Shown in pieces: positions 54,221-64,000 of a DNA stretch of 64,000 nt (position 1 is its first letter; every line of letters begins with the position of its first letter). Source of the DNA: Octopus vulgaris. Lineage: Eukaryota. The stretch is from NCBI GenBank assembly GCA_951406725.2, contig OX597816.1, positions 92,256,001 through 92,320,000 of the forward strand. The letters run 5' to 3'. Made by a program: the position numbers and the translations under genes. Under the pieces are notes generated by a model. It was not told the DNA's origin, did not search any database, and saw nothing but the letters and a program-made list of their open reading frames with translations.

Positions 54221-54376
54221 AAACCTGGATGGAAAGCACTCACCCTAGAAAAGAAGACAATGCATGGGTATGTTGCCCGAATTGACACGAAGCGCAGCCT
54301 CTCTTGGACACAAGACCACTACATCACATCACACTATGAAGGTTATGCCTTTGCTATCCAGGAATAGGAAATCGCA
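54221..54376 (+). mobile_element. Short inverted duplicate of the 5' end of the 55925-56848 LINE
   Basis: KPGWKALTLEKKTMHGYV..WTQDHYITSHYEGYAFAIQE; same 5' junction after (ATAC)n. Confidence 0.85.
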
Positions 54377-55085
54377 TACATTGTGTAGCATACATGTAAC
54401 GAACAGGATACCATGACTTATATTCTTAATAATGGCACAACTGATTGATTGTTACCTTCCCCTGCAATCCTACAAGGTTGTATATTTGCCTATGTATGTG
54501 CTGAAACGTGTTTAAAAAACTGATGGTGTTTCGTCAAGTAGTCATCGATAAAATATGAACAATAATGAAATAATAACTGAAGATGTTCGGATCAACTAAG
54601 ATTCTTAAGTATCTCATCATCGTCGAAATCCATTGTCTGAAACTAGTTGAAGAATATTACTTATTATTTATTTGAAATCAAATTTCTGGTAATTGGTTTC
54701 ATATGAGGCTATTTCAATTTTGGTTAGTTGCTTAATTAACATCTGATGCCGCATCCCTTTCAGTGGAGGAAGGTGTTCATCTAAATACTGTATTACTCAA
54801 ATGCTGTGCAAGTTATATGGAAATGTGTGTTAGATGCTATATTTCCCGTGGGGCACTTGATTGGTTATTACTGCAATTGACAGATACATAAAAAAATGGG
54901 CACAGTCAGGGCAATGTAATTAAAATGTTTGTTTCACAATTACGTGGACCTAAGCTCGATCAATTTACACGGTATCTTGAGTGGGTTCTTTCTATAACCT
55001 CCATTTGATTAATAATGAAGTGTGTGTGAGATTGCTAGGCAGTCAGCGTGAGGATCAACAAATATGATATATGTTTGGTTAAATA

Positions 55086-55415
55086 AGCATGGTTCAGTGG
55101 TTAGAGTGTCGGGCTCACAATCATCTAGTAGTGAGTTTGATTTCCGGACCGGACTGTGAGTTGTGTTCTCAAGCAAGACACTCTATTTCACGTTGATCCA
55201 GTATACTCAACTGTAGAAAAGACTTGCGACGTCACTGGTGCCAAGTTGTATCGGCCTTGTCCTTTCTCTTCGATAACATCAGTGGTGTGGAGAGGGAAGG
55301 CTGGTATGCATGGGAGACCGCTGGTCTTCCATAAACCTTTCCCGGACTTGTGCCTCGGAGGTGGACTTTCCTGGTGCAAACCCATGGTCATTCATGACCA
55401 AAGGAGTACTCTTTA
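55086..55415 (+). mobile_element. SINE family B
   Basis: tggttcagtggttagagtgtcgggctcacaatc; gcgacgtcactggtgccaag; homologous to 10415. Confidence 0.85.
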
Positions 55416-55741
55416 ACGTGAATATTAATATTATATATTAACTTATATGAAGGTACTTCCCGTCTGTTTCGATGTATGAGAGTTTGAAGGAGAGTAAATA
55501 CATAAACAGAGCCAATTTAGATTTTTCTTCGTAGATTGAAGAAAAATAAATTATAGCCTTAATCAGTTTTCGAACCTTATACGGTACTCATTACAGGTGT
55601 CTACATCAACTTGACCAATCCAAGAAAAACATTCAACCAATATATTTATATATTCAACAATTCCAGTAACTCCAGAGGACTGGAGCTGTTAATTTGTTTA
55701 CGGTATGTGTTAACACTTTATTTAACATCGAGACCTGAGTT

Positions 55742-56966
55742 GCAGGCATGGCTGTGTGGTTAAGATGTTCCTTAGCAACTATGTGTGCAATAAGCGCGAG
55801 CCTATTGTCTTCCACTATAACGCAAAACCGATCCCCTTTGTGATTATTTGAATTTGTTTGACGGAAACACTGTATTGAAATCTGTTGCATGTATGTATAT
55901 ATGTATGTATGCATGCATATATGCCTCTTCTTTCCTTTAATTATCATAAATCTTCCACTGAAGAGGGAGCTGGTTTCCAACAAAGAGACCAAGCTCCATC
56001 TTTGGGATGTTGTTAAATTCCCATTTGGTAGTTGAGAAAAATGTTGCATATTTTTACTGTTCCACTCACGGATTGTACTTGTAATGTACGAATCAGCCGG
56101 TTGATTTCTCTTTCTGAAAATACCAGTTTATCCAGATTCTTCTTTAAACATTTACCACCAAAACCTAGTGCTCCAGTTATTATTGGTATGATTATGATTT
56201 CATAGTCTGGATATAGAAGATTGAGGTTTAGAAGCAGTTGTCCATAGATATCCTCTTTTTCTTTGATTTTCAGAGAGATCTTTATATCTGCAAGGCTACT
56301 GATCTCTATGGCGGTGTGTACCTTTGCCCCTCTGTCCCAAACGACAGTATCCGGCCTGTTATGTTTACTTTCGACAGAAGTTTTGATGGGAATATTCCAC
56401 CAGCATTCTATGACTTGGTGTTTATGAATATATTCCATAACAGGGGTTTTCTTAGTTTATTTCAGGATAGTCTCTCTTGCGGATGGCATTGTAAATTGTT
56501 TTAGCGAAAACATTGTGCAGCATAGGGAGGTAGTACCATGAAGACATTTTGGGACAGCTGCTAATCACATGAGTGATGTCATCCACAGAAATTTGACATA
56601 GCCTACACATGCGGTTGCACCTTGGGATTACAAGAGAGTCGCTATCTCTCTTGTTCACCAGGTACTGTGAGGCAATCTCCTGTTCCTGGATTGCAAACGC
56701 ATAGCCTTCAAAGTGTGATGTGAGGTAGTGGTCTTGTGTCCAAGAAAGGCTGCGCTTCGTGTCGATTCTAATGTATTCTTCAAGCTTCCGGGTAACATAC
56801 CCATGCATAGTCTTCTTTTGTAGGGTGAGTGCTTTCCATCCAGGTTTATATGTATGTATGTATGTATGCATGTATGTATGTATGTATGTATGTATGTATG
56901 TATGTATGTATGTATGTATGTATGTATGTATGTATGTATGTATGCATGTATGTATGTATGTATGTA

Positions 56967-57013
<47 letters not shown>

Positions 57014-57210
57014 ACCCTTCTTTCGCTTGACAACAGTTATCGGTTGGTTTACTTCCTCGCTGATTAGCAGTTGGGTAAATGAGAGGTATACAATAAGTAA
57101 CATAATTTTGCAAAAAGAAGTACTGGGGAGTATTTGTTCAACTAAACCCTTTAAGGCGTTGCCCTAGCATGGTCGCAATATAATGACGGAGCAGGTAAAG
57201 AAATAAAAAA
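55742..57210 (+). mobile_element. Old SINE family A split by a LINE at its internal TATG tract
   Basis: 5' half gcaggcatggctgtgtggttaag at 55742-55890; 3' half (ttgacaac..ctagcatggtcgca..aaagaaataaaa) at 57010-57210. Confidence 0.6.
55925..56848 (-). mobile_element. 5'-truncated R4-like RLE LINE inserted in (TATG)n
   Basis: MHGY; EGYAFAIQEQEI; CRLCQISVDDITHVISSC; HNRPDTVVWD; IEIS..D..K..KEDIY; IPIITGALG. Confidence 0.92.
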
Positions 57211-57224
57211 AAAATGATAAACAG

Positions 57225-57930
<706 letters not shown>

Positions 57931-58729
57931 TAGAAAAAAAAGCTAAAATTACTGTTTAAAACATAGACAGCAAAAATTTCTGTTTTGATGCTTTAGATAT
58001 GGTTGTAAGACATATAATTACTTCAGTATAAGAGATGTAAAAACATGCTTTAATCCTCAGGAAATTTTAGCTTTCCAAATTAGTATTCAACTAAAACGTA
58101 ACCCTAGATTTACGTTTGTAGTTGAAATAATTTTTATGACGAATTCACTCATGCAAATTAGAGAAAAGAACATGCGCATTCATCCAAATATAAGCAGAAA
58201 ACTTTCATTTAATCAAATAGAGACTTAGTCATTTTGTTACCTGCTAAAACTATCTTCTCAAACATCCGCACTTCCGTTTGCTTACACTAAGCAATTGTGA
58301 GTAATAATGTAATTTAATCCAGAAGTTACGCCTAGCATTTGCTTTCCTTTATTTGTATTTATGTTATTCAGTATGAACATCCCTTAGAAACAAGTCAGCC
58401 TCCTTATTTATTATAGCTGACATAATATTTAACGAAGAAGAATAAAGAAAAAAAACAGTCTGAATTCCTAAGTTATTCGCTCTAGATTTCCATAGTAAAC
58501 TAAAACAGACTTTTAACAAAACAATTACAAAGGTAAAGCAACATGATTAGATTGCAATCCACAAAATTTACTTTATTTCATTGAAGTATCAGTTAGTAAG
58601 GTTAAGAATGCTTGAATGCTTTGATTTTAAATCATTCATATACATTTTGATTTTAAATAAAGAATTGCGATGAACATATTTTTTATGTACAAACTTTATA
58701 GATGTCTTGTAAATAAAATAATATCCCCT

Positions 58730-58761
<32 letters not shown>

Positions 58762-61700
58762 TGTATGTATGTATGTATGTATGTATGTATGTATGTATGT
58801 ATGTATGTATGTATGTGTGGGTGTCTGTCTCTGTCTACTTCTTATTTTCTTTCTTTCTGTCTTTCTTTCTCTCTCTCTCTCTCTCTCTCTCACACACGCA
58901 CACACATACATACAGTACACTGAAGGCCCTGTACTCGTGTCTAAGTAAGATCTCTTCTGCCACAGAATATCTTTTCAAACTGTCACGTACTGGGTAGTTT
59001 CACTACTGTGCGCAAGAGATTTATAGATCCTACAGTGTATAGGACAACATAAATGAAATTAGAAAATTCTGAAGATGGTGATGATATATCTCAGGAAGAA
59101 ATTTTGTGTTAATTTCCTTTATGACAGCTTGAAAAAAAGAATGGATTTTTTCCACCTTTTGAACAATTAGATAGAAATTTTTTTATGTTGAAATATTGAC
59201 TTACATTATTTTACGAGCGGCACTTTCCATCCTAGCATAATTCGAAATGGTAGCTTTAAAGACTAGGTGTCCTTCATAAATATTCATCCATTTAGATAAG
59301 TTCCACGTTCATACCTTTTACTTCTTGAATTCAAATTCAATACATTTTACAGGGTTTATAGGTTAATGCCCATTTAGTCCGCGCATTCCAGTACGGCCGT
59401 TCTAGTAGTCAGTGTCCGCGGTTCCAACGAAATTCTGGCATGAACAGTTCTTTAAAGTGTGTATATTAATGTGTATGTGTGTGTATGTGTGTGTTAGATG
59501 AAAATACGTTGCTATAACAAAGCTGAAATAATTTTTCTTTGGTTGTGTGCTGAAGATCATGCTGTATTGAGTTTTCTAAACGACTGCAGATGCTATATTT
59601 ATTTTATCATTTATATCTACATCATTGCCTGGAACTATACAAACACTAGAGTTTATATAGTAAAGTGACCTAAGAAAAGGTAGCCATTTATTATTTGGGT
59701 TGAATTCTAGTAAAAATTTGAATTTTACTTTTATATTGAGCATGCCGGCTTCCTAAGCAATGTGGTATATTCACGAGAGGAAAATGAATTAACTTTGGCA
59801 TAACAGTACCCCCAGATGTCATTAAAACAGTCGTAGTGCTATGGTGCTAACCGTAAATGTGTAGGATTTTCTCTTTAAGCGATGTAAGTTCTGCCTGAGA
59901 TTCTATATCTTAAAAAGACACACCTGTAAATATTTCGAAAAATACGTAAAGGAACAACCGAAAGAAATGAGACATATATTTTCCTGCTTAACAGCATTGC
60001 CAACTGGAAAAAGAAGGTGAAAGTGACCTTTTCAAAACAACTTCATCTAGTTTACTGCTGCATATCTATTGAAATGTTTACAAATCTTGGGAAAGATCCA
60101 AGTTTTCCTATGTTACATATTGATCACAGAATATGTGTTTATTGAAATAATTCTCAGCAACAACATATATGAAAGTGTTAGACTGAAAACATTCTGATAG
60201 AGCATATGACATGCTATTTAAAACAGAGCATTCACTATTTTCCTAAAATTTGTTTCTATCTTGTCGCCATTTATGACATCTGTAATTTCATAACGTTAAG
60301 ATCATATAATGTTCTGGCGGATAGAAAACGTGTTAAGTGATCTTTCTAAGATCCAATATAAGGTGAGCCCCATTTCTTTACCCTAAAAGATATCTTTGAA
60401 AATAAATTATTGAATCTTTGGATTTTGTGCTTCGCAAAATTTACACTGATACGTACAAATGTTTCGTAAGTGCAGCATATAGAAGTAAAACAAAATGGTA
60501 TTTTGTTAAATCTATGTAGGCCCTGTCAGAAATATAATGTAATCAATTAGCTACTTATTTTCTCAATGTGGGAGTATCAAACATACTTATGAATGTGTTT
60601 TGATGGAAAATATATATTACCCACTGTCAACTGACAACCAGAAGAGAGTTGCTGAAGATGATGAAGCAACCATTCACTTTCCTTGTTTCTTATTCTCTCC
60701 CTTTGTTTTCCACTAGACATATTTCGGACACGGCTGCCATATACCAGCTAAATTGCTAGGTTACTTTGGCTGTCTGAATTTGAAAAATACAATAAAACAA
60801 ATATGTAGTTGTTTTTCACTAGAAAGTCGTAAAAAATCCCCAAACTAGTGGCTGTCTGGCTATCACAAATAAACACATAAAGTTTTCTCACAAAAAGTAC
60901 TAATAAGTGGTGAATTTTCATTGCGTTGATAACAATCTTTTTTTTTTATCTTCGGATATGATTTACTTCTACCATTTTCAGAGTGAATATTTCTTTTACT
61001 TATTTCTGTTTTCTTAACATCTACAGCACTACTGCCACACCAAAAGTGCCGGTGGCCGTCAGCATTTAAAATAGTCTGACGTAAATGTGATTAGAAGATG
61101 GAATGAAAACAAAAAAAAGACAAGAGGAAGTTTCTTTCAGAAAATAGTAAAACAGGTGAAAAACGAGAGTCGAAGGAGAATAAGGGAAACAAAACGAAGA
61201 AAATTTACCAATTAGAACATTTTTTTTATGAGAGCGTTTCTTTGCAGTCACTTTGTATTATCTCTTTCAAATATGACAATAGGAAATAAATACCTAGAGT
61301 CTGAAAGTAGACATTTCACCTTTCAACATATCTCTCTTCCTCCTGACATGTTTTTACGTATATGCGTATTTTTAGTTATTGGACAGCGACCATGCTAAGG
61401 CACCACATTAAATTAAACAGTCGACTAAATCGACCCCAGTATCTATTTATTTTAAAGTCCTGCACATATACAAGAGGCATCTTTTTGCTGAACCTCTAGA
61501 TAACGGAGAAACAAAACACCATTATTTGTTGCCAAACGATGATTAACGCTGAAAGAGATACATATAAGTATGTATGTATATAAAGAGTTAGTTTATCTCT
61601 GTCTCTGTCTCCGTCTCTGTCTCCGTCTCTGTCTCTGTCTGTCTGTCTCTCTCTCTCTGTATTATATATATATATATATATGTATATGTATATATATATG

Positions 61701-61853
61701 ATTGTGTCTAGCAAAAGTCATTCACTATTAGTGCCTTATTACTTAACACACTCACCGTCACGATTGCTCCTCATTTACATATTATTTGTTCAAAAGTTTT
61801 CGCTCCGTTTTGCAACCTCCGTTTTTCAATAGTCGTTGACTCTGTCCCTTATC

Positions 61854-61943
<90 letters not shown>

Positions 61944-61989
61944 GTATGTATCTATGTATGTATATATGTATGTGTGTGTATAAAAATCA

Positions 61990-62047
<58 letters not shown>

Positions 62048-62102
62048 GTATATAGATGTAAATATCTGTCTAAATATGTATGTGCATATATTTAATACAT
62101 GT

Positions 62103-62164
<62 letters not shown>

Positions 62165-62198
62165 TAAAACTTCCTTAGAAAAGGATGTGTGGCGTTCG

Positions 62199-62425
62199 AT
62201 CTATCTATCCGCTCAGTCGAAGTCGACTCTCGGTCACTCGTTGGATCAATGTCCTCCAGTCAGTTCTATCCTGGGCCGCTTCTTTCAGATTGGCTATGTC
62301 CATTCCGGTATTCCTCTTGATGGTGTCAAGCCAGCGGGTTCTTGGTCGGCCTCTTCCTCTCTTGCCACTGACCATTCCGAGCATGATGTCCTTCTCCAGG
62401 GATTTTCTCCGTATAATATGACCGA
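62199..62425 (-). mobile_element. RTE (BovB-like) LINE 3' end
   Basis: GHIIRRKSLEKDIMLGMVSGKRGRGRPRTRWLDTIK..AQDRTDWR..SRLRLSG*, followed by a short (GATA) tail. Confidence 0.9.
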
Positions 62426-62799
62426 TAATATAATAATATAAGTAACATATAAACGCGGAGTAGATGAAACAGGGACAACTGATGAAGGGGAAAATTCTTT
62501 ACGTTGCATATCTCGTTTATCTGTTTGTTTTTTTTGTTGTTCGAAAAAAGTTCGTTTTCTATGTTTTTGCTTTCATGTTTTCGTTTCTCATTGTGCTCAA
62601 CATTTTTGATGTCCTGTACCCACATATGCATGTATATATACATATATATGTAGGTATGTACGTTTATGTATGTATATATGCATATTTCATCTATTATTTA
62701 TATTACATAGATACATACATACATACATACATATATATATTAAATTGTGCGTGTATTTTGTTTCATATATATATTTATATTTTTATGATTATACTTTAT

Positions 62800-62931
62800 A
62801 ATCTCTGACGAGGCCTAGGGATATATATATATATGTACCTCATTTTTAACTGCCTACCACCTAAATACACTTGACTAATATAGGCACAATGAGTTGCTAT
62901 TATCCATAGGCTGAAACAGCTGTAAGTGATT
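62800..62931 (+). ncRNA. Type I hammerhead ribozyme with about 100-nt stem II
   Basis: aatct-CTGACGA(62805)-GGCCTAgGGAT..ctcatt..tgccta/taggca..aatgag..ATCCaTAGGCT-GAAAC(62913)-AGCT-GTA(62922-62924)-agtgatt. Confidence 0.8.
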
Positions 62932-63107
62932 TTAATAATTCATATTCATGTTTTTAAATAACTACTTGTATTCTGATCTTATATGCATTGAATAATATAC
63001 TATATGTGTGTATGTTATTATGGTTGTCGTTTTGATAAATAAGTAAGTCATCATTTTAATATCCTAAAGTTGGTGAACCAACTAATGTGATTCTCCATTT
63101 TCTTATT

Positions 63108-63180
<73 letters not shown>

Positions 63181-63689
63181 TATATAATTACAGAAACATT
63201 TCTAGTCATAATAATCGACTTGTTTAGTAATAAGGTGGATATCGATGGGTAATAGTTCTCTATATCGGACAGTATAAAAGAGTTACTACATTTATTGCTA
63301 AGTTGTTTGAAACAAACGTTGACCTTCATGGTAAACTCCCAAGGTTCAGGCCCATACCTTCTCTAATTTTGACAACCTGTCTAAGATGTTTCTGTGAATT
63401 GTGCCAATATCTGATTTATAGGAGTTAATGAGCCTAACATAGTCTGGCTGATGGTCCTGAAGAGAAAAGCGACACGTAACGAAAGGCTTAGAACAATAGA
63501 AAGTTCAACACTCGATCATATACCCAGCACCGTAAGGTGAAGACCATAAAAACTCCTGATAGCCTAAAGTGCAGAATTCAAGTCATGTTTTAGTTATAAC
63601 AGAGAAAATGTAATTGGGGTTTAAAGCTTTATATAACATATGCCTCTTTACATAAAATCACTGTGATTATTATGCGAAAATGCCAAACA

Positions 63690-64000
63690 AGATTGAATGC
63701 CTACCCTTATATATATATTCATCGGAGGCTTTTAGTACAATACGGGGACAGTGCACTACCACCTAGAAGTGTGGTGCGTATGAGTGGATCAGGAAGTTTT
63801 AAAGTGGATGGGCAAGCGTGACGCACGAAGAGGACGATCGTCACCTCCACCTCTGACGAGAAGATTCAGGAAGTTCGAGCGATGGTAATGGTGAACCGGT
63901 GAGTTATCATCGATGAGGTAGCTCGTTATCTGCGGATAGTCAGGGTTCTGCCTCTCAAACTCTCCACGATGAGCTCGGGTGCAAAGAGAGCTTACTGCAG
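63690..64000 (+). mobile_element. Mariner transposase N-terminal fragment running off the window
   Basis: IHRRLLVQYGDSAL; YEWIRKF*SG; DEKIQEVRAMVMVNRRVIIDEVARYL. Confidence 0.75.

Noticed and set aside
63853-63870. CTGACGA as a hammerhead core
   Set aside because: Lies in mariner coding sequence with no stem II or GAAA partner.

Overview
AT-rich, microsatellite-dense eukaryotic DNA with no intact host protein-coding gene that I can recognise. The SINE families and the (TA)n/(TATG)n/(CTAT)n/(TAA)n load suggest an octopus (coleoid cephalopod) intergenic or intronic region; this is an inference. Nearly all ORF-track entries are repeat artefacts. Real coding remnants all belong to transposable elements: R4/Dong-like restriction-like-endonuclease (RLE) LINEs, RTE and L1/Tx1 LINEs, Penelope-like elements (PLEs), a Gypsy LTR plus gag, Tc1, two mariners and an IS630/Tc1-like DDE element. 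Three tRNA-derived SINE families are also present. The main signal is a set of short non-coding units, most sitting in or beside (TA)n tracts, that carry type I hammerhead ribozyme cores. The best are at 161-205, 2664-2761, 16027-16100 (minus) and 62800-62931. In two units an inverted repeat starts at about the predicted self-cleavage site. Other observations: RLE LINE families that appear to target different microsatellites (TAA versus TATG), SINE-internal microsatellites acting as landing pads, an RTE insertion with a twin-priming-type 5' inversion and an 11-bp TSD, and a perfect 48-bp palindrome beside an inverted LINE duplicate. Coordinates were read by eye and element edges are approximate.
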